Shown here piece after piece: positions 47,343 through 56,960 of a DNA stretch of 62,747 nucleotides. Position 1 is the first letter of the stretch; each line of letters opens with the position of its first letter. Made by a program: the position numbers and the translations under genes. The notes under the pieces are model-generated. The model made no database searches and was not told where the DNA came from. It worked only from the letters and a program-made list of their open reading frames with translations. The stretch comes from Candidatus Saccharimonadota bacterium (GTDB lineage Bacteria; Patescibacteriota; Saccharimonadia; Saccharimonadales; CAIOMD01), in NCBI GenBank assembly GCA_017992295.1, contig JAGOOV010000001.1, forward strand, positions 1 to 62,747. Direction: 5' to 3'.

Positions 47343-48927
47343 TTAACCCTCCTAGCGGTTCGGTCGGCATGGTAATTATGTTACCGTTGGAAGTAATTTG
47401 TAACTGAGTTTTGCCGACACCGGCGCCGCTCATGTCGACTACACAATTTAGCTGAACACCGGCACTGCTACCGGTGCAAGAGGCATTGAAAATATTGCCA
47501 TTTTGTGTGAATTTAACGGTTGTAGCGCAACTGCTAGGATTGCTGGAGCAAGGCAAGTTGGCTCCGGTTATTTGAAACGAGAAGTTCGTATGGGTTCCAG
47601 TTGATTGATTGACCTCGTATGGCGAGAGCGTCGATACGCGAGGATGGCTTGAATTGGTAGTAAATATCAAACGTACTTTTTGCAAATATTCATTTCCCCC
47701 GAAAGCGAAGGTGGGGCTTGGGGGAGAACCGGCTGGGAATATAGGTATGGTTGTCGGGTTAAACGGGCTAACCCCGCCGTAAGGGGCCACTGCGACCAAG
47801 TAATAAGTAGTTGAACCCACTCTGCAGTTGGAAGAACCATTATCCCCGCAAAAGTAGTAAGGCCCGGGGTCTAGGTTGTTGATAGCAAAATTGCCGCTTA
47901 TATCGGTGGTTGGACGATTGTCACTAGGAGTGAAATTGTCGTAATAAAAAGCGGTGTTAGATGACGAAGCGTACTTTTTATAGCCACCTTTTATATATAC
48001 TTTTAAGTTAGCTATTGGTGTACCGTTAGTGTCGGTTGCTTCCGCTATTAAACTGTATTGCCCCTTAGGCTTGATAGTTAAGGTTACAAAGGAAGATAGC
48101 TGAGTAAATACTTGTTGATTTGGATAATTGGGTTGTAGGGAGCCGCTGGGGGGGATTGTTGACAAACTAGAATAGCCCTCTTTACTAGCAGTGATCTGAT
48201 AATCGTAATTGGTAGTATCCGGCCTGAGGTCGTAAAAAATTGCCGTACCATTTGAATCGGTCGAATCTACCATATTGACGACTGGGTTTAATGTGGTGTT
48301 AATCACTTGTACATTGGCTCCTGATACCGGATTTCCATTTTGGTCAATTACCTTAACAAACAACGCGCCGGTGGTACTTGACGTCTCAGCGACTCTAGCT
48401 GAAATATTTGAGCTAACTTGAGCCATATGGTTATTTCTGTTGTCGTAAACATCAATACTGATAATTTTATAGTCTTTGGGGTTTAAATCCGTCGCCGGTG
48501 AACCACTTGGCGGCGGATAATTTCGGCAATAAGTTTGTTTTAGGGTCGGGGTGGGATACGACCCACAACCATCAAAAGCATCATCAATGTAAGATATGGT
48601 GGTTACGATCTTATACTTTATACCGTTTATTGTTTTATAAATAGTACCGGGTAAAGGATTGGTAGCTTGTATACTGCCTCCCGCTATAGCTAAACTATCG
48701 TAGGGAAGAGATTTGAGGTATTCCATTTGGTTAGTGGCTAGAGTACTGGCCACCGCCCGGATTTTTATCGTTGCGGCGCTAAATACCAGACCACTAAACA
48801 GCGCAAACACACCGATGGCTAAAATACCCAGAACCAAAATACTTACTAACAATTCTACTAAAGTAAAACCTTGTTGTTTATTTTTGCCCACTTCTTTATA
48901 AAATCCTCTTTCTCTATTATAAACCAT
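47329..48927 (-). CDS. giant pilin-like protein (532 aa) with carboxypeptidase-regulatory/Ig-like repeats
   Basis: QQGFTLVELLVSILVLGILAIG prepilin signal, and VKVIDQNGNPVSGANVQV...DSNGTAIF beta-sandwich motifs. Confidence 0.75.
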   Translation of the reverse strand: MVYNRERGFYKEVGKNKQQGFTLVELLVSILVLGILAIGVFALFSGLVFSAATIKIRAVASTLATNQMEYLKSLPYDSLAIAGGSIQATNPLPGTIYKTINGIKYKIVTTISYIDDAFDGCGSYPTPTLKQTYCRNYPPPSGSPATDLNPKDYKIISIDVYDNRNNHMAQVSSNISARVAETSSTTGALFVKVIDQNGNPVSGANVQVINTTLNPVVNMVDSTDSNGTAIFYDLRPDTTNYDYQITASKEGYSSLSTIPPSGSLQPNYPNQQVFTQLSSFVTLTIKPKGQYSLIAEATDTNGTPIANLKVYIKGGYKKYASSSNTAFYYDNFTPSDNRPTTDISGNFAINNLDPGPYYFCGDNGSSNCRVGSTTYYLVAVAPYGGVSPFNPTTIPIFPAGSPPSPTFAFGGNEYLQKVRLIFTTNSSHPRVSTLSPYEVNQSTGTHTNFSFQITGANLPCSSNPSSCATTVKFTQNGNIFNASCTGSSAGVQLNCVVDMSGAGVGKTQLQITSNGNIITMPTEPLGGLIVVP

Positions 48928-48963
48928 CGATCCAATAATTGGCCCAGGGTAGGTCTAGATACT

Positions 48964-49002
48964 AAAAAGACCGACTGCTATTAGTCAGTCGGTCTTTTTT
49001 TT
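48964..49002 (-). terminator. symmetric hairpin (terminator/attenuator) between the major pilin and minor pilin genes
   Basis: Stem AGACCGACTG / CAGTCGGTCT flanked by A5 and T8, so it works on either strand. Confidence 0.75.
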
Positions 49003-49015
49003 GGTACTTAAAATA

Positions 49016-49501
49016 CTAGTTTAAGCTACTTTTACTAAATGTGCCCGGATTACCTTCTAAGTTGGCTGTTAAGGTATATTTGTCACACGTAGCGTTCGTA
49101 CCCGCAGTTCCAGTGCAAGCCGCACCGGCTGCATCGGTAGTGGCATAACCGTATCTCGCGTTGGATCCGCTGGAAGGTGTCGCGGCTAATTCGCAGTTTG
49201 TTTGGTTAGAGTTGCTCGGGTCGCACAGAGCGGAAGGGTCTAAACCCTTCATGTTTGTTGTTCTCCAGGAGGCGTTGTTGACATCGGCTAATACCGGATA
49301 GCCACCTCCGTTCTGGGCATAAAATGCCTCCAGCATACCGTGCAAAGCTTTGATATCCGTTTGTCTTTTGGTATCTCGACCCTTTTGCTGAATGCCACTA
49401 AATGTCGTTATCACTAATAGTGCCAAAATCCCAATGACAACGATAACGATTAACAGTTCCACGATAGTGAAACCTGATTGTCTAACTTTTTTGATTGTCA
49501 T
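49016..49501 (-). CDS. pilA: type IV major pilin (PilA-like)
   Basis: Leader MTIKKVRQSG followed by FTIVELLIVIVVIGILALL. The start is taken at the internal ATG preceded by AAGGAT. The C-terminus is Cys-rich. Confidence 0.85.
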   Translation of the reverse strand: MTIKKVRQSGFTIVELLIVIVVIGILALLVITTFSGIQQKGRDTKRQTDIKALHGMLEAFYAQNGGGYPVLADVNNASWRTTNMKGLDPSALCDPSNSNQTNCELAATPSSGSNARYGYATTDAAGAACTGTAGTNATCDKYTLTANLEGNPGTFSKSSLN

Positions 49502-49614
49502 ATTTTTTACCCATCCTTTTATTGTAATAACTATTTTATACATCATATTGCTTGTGCTTTCAATATCTTTTTAAAAATAAAAGCAAGATACTCGCAATCT
49601 AATACAATACTAAC

Positions 49615-50835
49615 TTAATTATTGCCGATATTTTTACTCAAAGAGGCTATAGGCCCCATCACACTAGCGGCAATCATCCCTACCGCTGTACCCAGCGCGA
49701 TTATCATCAACGGTTCTATAAGGGCGCTCAATCCGTCAATCAATGTATCAACCTCTTCCTCGTAAAAATCAGCTACTTTTACCAAAATAGTGTCTACCTT
49801 TCCGGTTTCTTCGCCAACGGCCAGCATCTGACTGACAATCGCCGGAAAATACTTACTTTTCTCGATGGTTTCGGAAAGTTGCTTGCCGTTCTTAACTTCT
49901 TTGGCAGCTTCCCTAAGTTCCGCTTCTATAACTCTGTTACCAATAGCTCCTCCGGTGACCTCCAGCGACTCTAGTACTCCAACACCCGCAGACATCAGAC
50001 TTGCGAAAGTCCGCGAAAATCGAGCAATTGCTATTTTTGTGATGACTTCTTTTAATAGAGGTATTTTGAGCAGTAGCTTGTGGTAGTTATATTTGCCTTT
50101 GGGGGTTTTTACATATTTGCGTGTTAAAAAGATTGATACAACTAGCGAAATAATAATATAAATTGCGTATTTCTGAACGAACTCCGAAACGCTAATCATG
50201 ATAACCGAATAAAAAGGCAACTTGGCATTTGGTCCGCCTAAATCTTTAATCATTGTCGCAATTTTAGGCATGATAAAAATCATAATGCCAAAAAAGGCGA
50301 CTACGGTAATGCTACCAATAACAATCGGATACATAGAGGCGCTTTTAATTTTTTTACGCATGCTGGCTTCTTTTTCAATTTGGGTGGCCAACCTTTTTAA
50401 TATGTCGTCTAATATACCCCCAGTTTCCCCCGACCTAACCATATTGATGTAAATATCTGAAAAGACGCTTGGATATTTAGCAAAAGCTTCAGCCAAGGTG
50501 GTACCACCCTCCACGTCCTTACTAATGCCATTAATCACTGACTTAAAATACTTATCACTAACCTGTTCTTCCAATGTGGCCAGCGATCTGTTGAGGGGCA
50601 CCCCCGCTGAAACCATAGTTGATAACTGTCGAGTAAAAATAACCAAATCTTTTAACTTAACCTTCCCCTTAGTCAGGTTAAAATTTAACTTTAAGCCGCT
50701 AGCCTGTTTAATAACCAGAGGGTGTAACCCTTGATGCTTTAGGCTTTCTTCGAGTGATTCTTTAGAGCTTGCTTCTGTCGTACCTGTAGCTTTTTTACCC
50801 TCTTTAGATAGAGCAGTGTATTCGAACTTAGGCAT
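49615..50835 (-). CDS. pilC: type IV pilus platform protein PilC (GspF family)
   Basis: Two GspF repeats (FTRQLSTMVSAGVPL / FSRTFASLMSAGVGV) and three TM segments. Confidence 0.9.
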   Translation of the reverse strand: MPKFEYTALSKEGKKATGTTEASSKESLEESLKHQGLHPLVIKQASGLKLNFNLTKGKVKLKDLVIFTRQLSTMVSAGVPLNRSLATLEEQVSDKYFKSVINGISKDVEGGTTLAEAFAKYPSVFSDIYINMVRSGETGGILDDILKRLATQIEKEASMRKKIKSASMYPIVIGSITVVAFFGIMIFIMPKIATMIKDLGGPNAKLPFYSVIMISVSEFVQKYAIYIIISLVVSIFLTRKYVKTPKGKYNYHKLLLKIPLLKEVITKIAIARFSRTFASLMSAGVGVLESLEVTGGAIGNRVIEAELREAAKEVKNGKQLSETIEKSKYFPAIVSQMLAVGEETGKVDTILVKVADFYEEEVDTLIDGLSALIEPLMIIALGTAVGMIAASVMGPIASLSKNIGNN

Positions 50836-50836
50836 A

Positions 50837-52648
50837 TTACTCCTCTGTGGTTACTCTTAAGATTTCTTCGATACTGGTCATTCCTCGAAGGGCTTTAATA
50901 AGCCCGTCTAGTTGCATGGTGACCATGCCGTCGCTCACGGCCTGGGTCTGCAATGCTTCGCTAGTTGCACTGGTGACAATTAATTTTTGTATGTCACCTG
51001 TATTTTCGAGTGCTTCGTAAATACCCAATCTTCCCCTGTATCCAATATGATTACAATCGTTACACCCGCCTTCGTGCGGTTTATATAAGGTAACTATTTT
51101 TGAATCATTTGTAGCCATTGGATTAATAGCGCTTGTCTTTGAACTGGTAGATGTTTTACCTATACCTGCCTTATAAGCGTTCTTCTCTAATTCGTTAATA
51201 ATTTTCATATCGGAATCAGTTTTTATCTTAAATGTATCGCACACCTGTTTAATAGTCGCTGTATCCGGAGAGTAGCTCTCGCGACAAGATGGACACAGCC
51301 TACGAACTAACCTCTGGCCAATCACTGCTCGAACTGTCGAAGCTATCAAAAACGGTTCAATATTCATATCTAAAAGACGAGGCAAGCAAGTTGCGGCGTT
51401 ATTCGTATGGAGGGTGGCAAATACCAAATGGCCGGTTAGTGCGGCCTGTACGGCCAAATTAGCGGTCTCGGTGTCTCGAATCTCGCCTATCATAATTATG
51501 TTTGGGTCCTGCCTCAAAAGAGCTCGTAGTCCGCTGGCGAAGGTCATACCGGCAACCGGATTTACTTGGGTTTGGTTCGCGCCGACAATATGATATTCTA
51601 TGGGGTCTTCTATTGTAGATATATTGACTTCCGGTTTGTTTAAGATGCTTAGAACGCTGAAGAGAGTAGTTGATTTACCGGAGCCGGTCGGTCCGGTAAC
51701 TAGAATCATACCGTGTGGTTGAGTGATGGCATGATTAATAATGTTTAGAGAATTACCCCAAAAGCCAAGCTCTTCTAAACTGAGAGCCTTGGAGCCTTCA
51801 CTTAGAATACGCATTACGACTTTTTCACCTTCACTTATAGGCAGTGTGGAAACGCGCAAAGCGTAGAGCATATTATTGATGGCTATTTTGAAACGTCCAT
51901 CTTGCGGTGCGCGCCGTTCGTCAATTTTTAAATTAGAAAGTATTTTAATTCGAGAAACCAAAGCGTTATGCACTTTTTTTGGTAGCTTATTAACTTCTTG
52001 CAGTATGCCATCTACGCGATAGCGTATAGAAACGTTGTTTTCGCGAGGCTCAATATGAACATCAGACGCCCCCGCTTTTATTGCCCCTTCAATAATTAGG
52101 TTCACGGTCTGAGCAATAGGAGAATCCTCGGCTAAATCCGATTCGTCGAATTCCTCTTCTTGAGCTTGCTCATCCTGATCGCCTGATATAACCTGGGTAA
52201 TCTCGCTGGAGATATTACCTCGGTATTGATCGATACATTGCAATATGTTGCTTCTAGTGGCAATGTAGATTCTTAATTCGTCACCCAACTGCTTCTGTAA
52301 AAAACTTATAGCCTGAATGTCGTCAGGATCTTCCATGGCCAACAATTTCGTGCCATCTTCTTCAATACTAAAAACAATGACGTTATACTGCCGGGCAATC
52401 CTTTCGGGTATCAGCCGTAGAGTTTCCTTTTGTATGTCTTTTGGGTTAAGGTCAATAAAAGGTATCTCTATCTCCTCGGCAAATAGTTGTGTAAGATCCT
52501 TTTCGCTAATTAGATTGGAGGAAATCACTAATTCTTGTAGCGATTTCTTGTCGCTCTGGGCTTGTTTTTTTAAATTAGCCAGCTGTTCGTCGCTGACTTT
52601 ATTGGCCTTTTTCAGTAGTTGCTCTACAAGCTGATTGGATATACGCAT
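50837..52648 (-). CDS. pilB: type IV pilus assembly ATPase PilB (GspE family)
   Basis: Walker A GPTGSGKST, Asp box, Walker B IIMIGEIRD, His box, tetracysteine motif CPSC...CNDC. Confidence 0.95.
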   Translation of the reverse strand: MRISNQLVEQLLKKANKVSDEQLANLKKQAQSDKKSLQELVISSNLISEKDLTQLFAEEIEIPFIDLNPKDIQKETLRLIPERIARQYNVIVFSIEEDGTKLLAMEDPDDIQAISFLQKQLGDELRIYIATRSNILQCIDQYRGNISSEITQVISGDQDEQAQEEEFDESDLAEDSPIAQTVNLIIEGAIKAGASDVHIEPRENNVSIRYRVDGILQEVNKLPKKVHNALVSRIKILSNLKIDERRAPQDGRFKIAINNMLYALRVSTLPISEGEKVVMRILSEGSKALSLEELGFWGNSLNIINHAITQPHGMILVTGPTGSGKSTTLFSVLSILNKPEVNISTIEDPIEYHIVGANQTQVNPVAGMTFASGLRALLRQDPNIIMIGEIRDTETANLAVQAALTGHLVFATLHTNNAATCLPRLLDMNIEPFLIASTVRAVIGQRLVRRLCPSCRESYSPDTATIKQVCDTFKIKTDSDMKIINELEKNAYKAGIGKTSTSSKTSAINPMATNDSKIVTLYKPHEGGCNDCNHIGYRGRLGIYEALENTGDIQKLIVTSATSEALQTQAVSDGMVTMQLDGLIKALRGMTSIEEILRVTTEE

Positions 52649-52772
52649 AACTTCAAAGTTAATTATAAAGGCTACATAAGCGTTTTAATAGGTCGTTGTG
52701 TATATCACCGTTAAAATAAACTTTTTGCTATACTTAGTGTCAGTTTAAAAGCTTAACGAGAGGGTTAATAAA

Positions 52773-53792
52773 GTGACGCCAAAAAAAGAAGGGCCAAAGG
52801 CGGTGGACAATGCCGGAGATGGCAAGAAAGAGGCTTTAAATTTAGCCGTAGACCAAATAAAGAAACAATACGGCCAAGGTGCTATCATGCAGCTTGGAGT
52901 CGATCATAAAATTGACGTTGAGACGTTTTCTAGTGGAGCGCTGAGTTTAGATATAGCCTTGGGCGGGGGTGTTCCTAAAGGTAGAATAGTCGAGATTTAC
53001 GGACCGGAGAGTAGCGGTAAAACAACCCTGGCCTTACACTCCGTTGCTCAGGTGCAAAAGTCGGGTGGCACGGCTGCTTTTATAGATGCCGAACATGCGT
53101 TGGATCCGAGTTACTCAGAAAGAATAGGGGTTGATTTAAACAAGCTATTAATTTCACAACCCGATAATGGCGAACAAGCGCTGGAAATTGTGGAAACACT
53201 GGTGCGTAGCAATGCAGTTGATTTGGTGGTGGTTGATTCAGTTGCGGCACTGGTTCCGCAAGCCGAAATTGAGGGCGACATGGGTGATTCGCACATGGGT
53301 TTACAAGCTCGGTTAATGAGTCAAGCTTTGCGTAAACTAACCGGCATTATTAACAAAAGTAAATGCACAGTTATATTTATAAATCAGTTGCGTATGAAAA
53401 TAGGTGTGATGTTTGGCAACCCAGAGACAACAACAGGAGGAAACGCCCTAAAATTTTATGCATCGGTGCGTATGGATATTCGTAGGATTAGCCAAATCAA
53501 AACCAGCGAAGAAGTAATTGGTAATAGAGTACGAGTTAAAGTGGTTAAAAATAAAATAGCTCCACCTTTTAGAGAAGCTGAGTTTGACATTATGTATAAC
53601 GTAGGGATTAGTCGCGAGGGGGATACTCTAGACTTGGCTGTACAACATGGCTTGGTTAATAAGAGCGGGGCCTGGTTTGAGCACGGTGGTGAAAAAATTG
53701 GCCAAGGCCGTGAAGCTGCCAAGCAATACTTGCGCGACAACCCGAAAGTTCTAGCCGAACTTGATAAAAAAATACGCAACTTAAGTCTATAA
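52773..53792 (+). CDS. recA: recombinase RecA
   Basis: [18 protein letters not shown] and [35 protein letters not shown] start. Confidence 0.97.
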   Translation: MTPKKEGPKAVDNAGDGKKEALNLAVDQIKKQYGQGAIMQLGVDHKIDVETFSSGALSLDIALGGGVPKGRIVEIYGPESSGKTTLALHSVAQVQKSGGTAAFIDAEHALDPSYSERIGVDLNKLLISQPDNGEQALEIVETLVRSNAVDLVVVDSVAALVPQAEIEGDMGDSHMGLQARLMSQALRKLTGIINKSKCTVIFINQLRMKIGVMFGNPETTTGGNALKFYASVRMDIRRISQIKTSEEVIGNRVRVKVVKNKIAPPFREAEFDIMYNVGISREGDTLDLAVQHGLVNKSGAWFEHGGEKIGQGREAAKQYLRDNPKVLAELDKKIRNLSL

Positions 53793-53802
53793 TCCGACTT
53801 AA

Positions 53803-54396
53803 ATGGTTATTACCAAAATCTGTCACCAGATAAAAAATGCCGATAGGGTGAATATATTTGTTGACGGTAAATATTCTTTTTCGTTGGACTTAAATCAGTT
53901 ACTAGAGTCCAAATTAAAAACTGGTCTACGTATAAGTGAGTCGGAATTAAAAAAACTAAAAAAACTGTCGAGTGACGGTAAAATAAAAATACGCGCTTTG
54001 GAGTGGCTAACTTTGCGCCCTCACTCGAAAAAAGAATTGGTAGATTATCTAAAGCGGAAAAAGATTGAATCAAAACAGATTGAAGTTTGGGTAAAGCACT
54101 TCCAAAAGATGGGTTACCAAGACGATTTAAATTTTGCTAAATGGTGGCTTGAGCAACGCCTAAGTAAGCATAAAAGCAAACGTTATATTATCCAAGAACT
54201 TCGTTTAAAAGGGGTTAATCAAGAGATAATAGCGGAAGTGCTTGATTCTCAACTAAACGAAAAAGACACTGTTAAACAACTTGTACTAAAGAAAAGAAAA
54301 CTGGCGAAATACCAAGACGAAAAAAAACTAATCGAATATCTTTTGAGACAAGGGTTTAACTATTCCTTGATCAAAGAAGTGTTAGCCGAAGAATAA
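53803..54396 (+). CDS. recX: RecA regulator RecX
   Basis: Position after recA and repeated three-helix modules (...ALEWLTLRPHSKKEL..YL). Confidence 0.75.
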   Translation: MVITKICHQIKNADRVNIFVDGKYSFSLDLNQLLESKLKTGLRISESELKKLKKLSSDGKIKIRALEWLTLRPHSKKELVDYLKRKKIESKQIEVWVKHFQKMGYQDDLNFAKWWLEQRLSKHKSKRYIIQELRLKGVNQEIIAEVLDSQLNEKDTVKQLVLKKRKLAKYQDEKKLIEYLLRQGFNYSLIKEVLAEE

Positions 54397-54923
54397 CCCG
54401 GTTGGACATTTGGGACCTTCACGTCTTGAGTTTGATTGACTGTTTCTTCCGGTCCGCTGACGACAATCTGTGTGTCTGTGACTTCTACTATACTGTTTCT
54501 GTCATAGATTAAACGATGCTGGTTGATTCCCTGCCAGATAGATGGTTGTACGTAAATCTTTTGAATAAACAAACTCTGATTATCAAAAGCATATTCAGCA
54601 ACTTTGCCCATTTTCTTTTTACCGGATACTACTTGTTTGCCAAGCAACTGGAAACCAATATCCAGCACAGGCTGCAACCGTACCAAATCTTGCGGTTCAC
54701 TCAAAGCTTGCTGGTTGTCTATAATTATTCCTTTAAAAGAAAGTTCTCTAATGTGGATATCTAGCAACACCAGATTACTTTTTGATCCGGATGACTGACA
54801 ATAAAAAGCGTCAATATGCAAATTATTTGGATTAATTATCGGTTCCGTAATTGTACCGATACGACCAACAAGTTGTAGACTCAAAACAGGTAAATTGCTT
54901 AGCTGGGTCGAGAGGTAAAGCAT
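54360..54923 (-). CDS. PRC-barrel domain protein (two repeats)
   Basis: LSNLPVLSLQ...GRIGTITEPIINP and LLGKQVVSGKKKMGKVAEYAFD patterns. The 3' end overlaps recX by 37 nt. Confidence 0.55.
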   Translation of the reverse strand: MLYLSTQLSNLPVLSLQLVGRIGTITEPIINPNNLHIDAFYCQSSGSKSNLVLLDIHIRELSFKGIIIDNQQALSEPQDLVRLQPVLDIGFQLLGKQVVSGKKKMGKVAEYAFDNQSLFIQKIYVQPSIWQGINQHRLIYDRNSIVEVTDTQIVVSGPEETVNQTQDVKVPNVQPGYSSANTSLIKE

Positions 54924-55027
54924 ATCTTAAGTATATATTATTCTTTTGCTTAAGGGTCATTATTTTAATGGAGATTCGCAAAAAAATACTTGTCTATATG
55001 AATTACCAACGTATAAAATTGACAACA

Positions 55028-56557
55028 ATGTTTAAAACCAACCTCTTACTGTCTGTTGCCTTGTGCTTGGTTTTGGGCTTGCTTCATACGCCGCTGGTAA
55101 GTAATGAAGCGCTAGCCCAAGAATCAACAGACAAAGTATTAATTAATGAAATACAGCTAGATGGAGCCAGTGCCTACGAAGAGTTTATCGAAATAGGTTC
55201 TACAAGTTCTTCACCCATCAGCATTAATGGTTGGCGTATAGAGGTAACCAAACTAAGCAACAACCTGGAAGAAACCAATATTTGTACCGGGTCTGCAAGG
55301 TTTATACTGACTTTTCCTGAATATAGCCAAAATAAAGATAATTTAGGCAATCAATTGCCATTGACGGTAGACTCTTATAAGCCTATGCTTATTGCCTCCC
55401 AAAAAGACGCTACCCGATATTTTCTAGACTTCAATCCGGACCTTTACTATTCGCCCTGTAAAGGTAATTCCAGTGTACTTTCGGCTAATTTGGTGGTTAG
55501 ACTGTTCAATGATAAAGGCGACTTACAAGACGAAGTGTATATTATGCCTAGTAGTTTTGCAGACAGTGGTTCGCCTAAGATTAACCCAGTTTACTATGAT
55601 TCTACGCAACATAAAGGAATGTCTTTCCAGCGTGATATAGACGCAAACGGGTTCCCGATAGACACCGACAATTGTACGAATGACTTTAAAGTGTTTACTT
55701 TGAGCACACCGGGTGAATACATACACCCGAGCTCTCCAGACGGGGATGATGATAGTACAGGCGGAGTAGCTGATGGCGGTAAAGGTGGTAGTCAAGACGG
55801 CGAAGATAGTGATCAAGCCGAAGAAGAGCAAGGGGGCGACGATGAGGGCGATGTGAACTCGAAAGAGGCTGTATATCCAAAAATTGAGCTAAGCGAGTTA
55901 ATGATTAATCCGGCCTCGCCGCTACTAGATTCGAACGACGAATGGGTAGAAATATATAATCCCAGCCATCAAGCGGTAGACATAAGCGGTTACCGTATAT
56001 ATGCCGGTAAAAACTATACCTATCGTCTTATCTTCCCAACAGGCACTATAATTAATCCTTTTCAATATATGGTGGTAACTTCCGGAGAATCGACCTTATC
56101 GCTTAGCAATAGTGGTGGCGCGGTTAAGATTGTAGCTCCAGACGGTACGTTGTTGGATCAAACCACCTACTCGGAAGCGAAAGAGGGGCTTTCTTGGGCA
56201 AAGGATAATGCTGGCAATTGGCAATGGACGACTACGCCCACCGAGGCTGCCGCAAATCAAATTACTACCTTGCCTACTGTGGTAGAGGCTGCAAAGAAGA
56301 AAGCCGCTAAGAAAACGACTACGCCCAAAGCTAAAACGGCTAAAAAATCTTCCGCGAAAAAGACAGCCGTAAAAGCTAAAAAAGCAAAGACCATTAACGT
56401 TGGAGAAGACCCGGCTTTAATTGCTGCTCCGGCTCCGATTCCAACATGGATACTTGCCATACTAGGGTTTTTGGCTATACTCTATGCCTGTTATGAGTAT
56501 CGTTTCGAGATTGGCAACTACCTCTACAAGTTTAAAAAATACCGAAAAAATCGGTGA
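55028..56557 (+). CDS. surface lamin-tail-domain (LTD x2) protein with acidic linker, Lys/Ala-rich tract and C-terminal TM anchor
   Basis: Signal peptide MFKTNLLLSVALCLVLGLL...ALAQ. LTD 1 is VLINEIQLDG...EEFIEI...INGWRI and LTD 2 is IELSELMINPA...DEWVEIYNPS...VDISGYRI. The Lys/Ala tract AAKKKAAKKTTTPKAKTAKKSSAKKTAVKAKKAK precedes the TM helix WILAILGFLAILYACY. The start is taken at Met60 of the track ORF. Confidence 0.7.
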   Translation: MFKTNLLLSVALCLVLGLLHTPLVSNEALAQESTDKVLINEIQLDGASAYEEFIEIGSTSSSPISINGWRIEVTKLSNNLEETNICTGSARFILTFPEYSQNKDNLGNQLPLTVDSYKPMLIASQKDATRYFLDFNPDLYYSPCKGNSSVLSANLVVRLFNDKGDLQDEVYIMPSSFADSGSPKINPVYYDSTQHKGMSFQRDIDANGFPIDTDNCTNDFKVFTLSTPGEYIHPSSPDGDDDSTGGVADGGKGGSQDGEDSDQAEEEQGGDDEGDVNSKEAVYPKIELSELMINPASPLLDSNDEWVEIYNPSHQAVDISGYRIYAGKNYTYRLIFPTGTIINPFQYMVVTSGESTLSLSNSGGAVKIVAPDGTLLDQTTYSEAKEGLSWAKDNAGNWQWTTTPTEAAANQITTLPTVVEAAKKKAAKKTTTPKAKTAKKSSAKKTAVKAKKAKTINVGEDPALIAAPAPIPTWILAILGFLAILYACYEYRFEIGNYLYKFKKYRKNR

Positions 56558-56960
56558 ACTGATAGGCAAGCAGTTAAATGGCGGTGAAGTTATTGAGTTA
56601 ATTAGTGATTTAGGTGGCGGAAAAACGGTGTTAGTGAAAGGTATAGCTAAAGGAGCCGGCAGTACAGATCTTGTGTCTAGCCCGACGTTTACAATTTCTA
56701 AAGTTTATGATTGCCCTAAATTTAATATTAACCACTTTGATTTTTATAGGCTAGACGACCCGGGGCTTGTGGCTCACGAATTGACAGAGTCCATTGAAGA
56801 CAATAAATCGGTAACCGTTATAGAGTGGCCAAAAACGGTAGAAAAGATACTTCCAAGAAAAAGGATTACCATAACTATTGTTCAAAGTGGCGATTTGCAA
56901 AGACAAATAAAAATTAGATACAGCCCGGAATTCGAATATCTATTTAAGGATTTAAAGTGA
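56484..56960 (+). CDS. tsaE: tRNA t6A37 biosynthesis ATPase TsaE
   Basis: GEVIELISDLGGGKT P-loop and HFDFYRL. The 5' end overlaps the LTD gene by up to 74 nt, so the start is uncertain. Confidence 0.75.
   Translation: MPVMSIVSRLATTSTSLKNTEKIGELIGKQLNGGEVIELISDLGGGKTVLVKGIAKGAGSTDLVSSPTFTISKVYDCPKFNINHFDFYRLDDPGLVAHELTESIEDNKSVTVIEWPKTVEKILPRKRITITIVQSGDLQRQIKIRYSPEFEYLFKDLK

Noticed and set aside
52649-52772. Searched the pilB/recA divergent spacer for an SOS (LexA/Cheo CGAAC-N4-GTTCG) box.
   Set aside because: No such inverted repeat is visible, so no regulatory call is made.
56257-56460. Repetitive AAG/GCT-rich DNA that might look like a tandem-repeat array or a CRISPR-like periodicity.
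   Set aside because: It is in-frame low-complexity coding sequence (the Lys/Ala tract of the LTD protein). It has no repeat-spacer organisation, and no CRISPR array was seen anywhere in the window.
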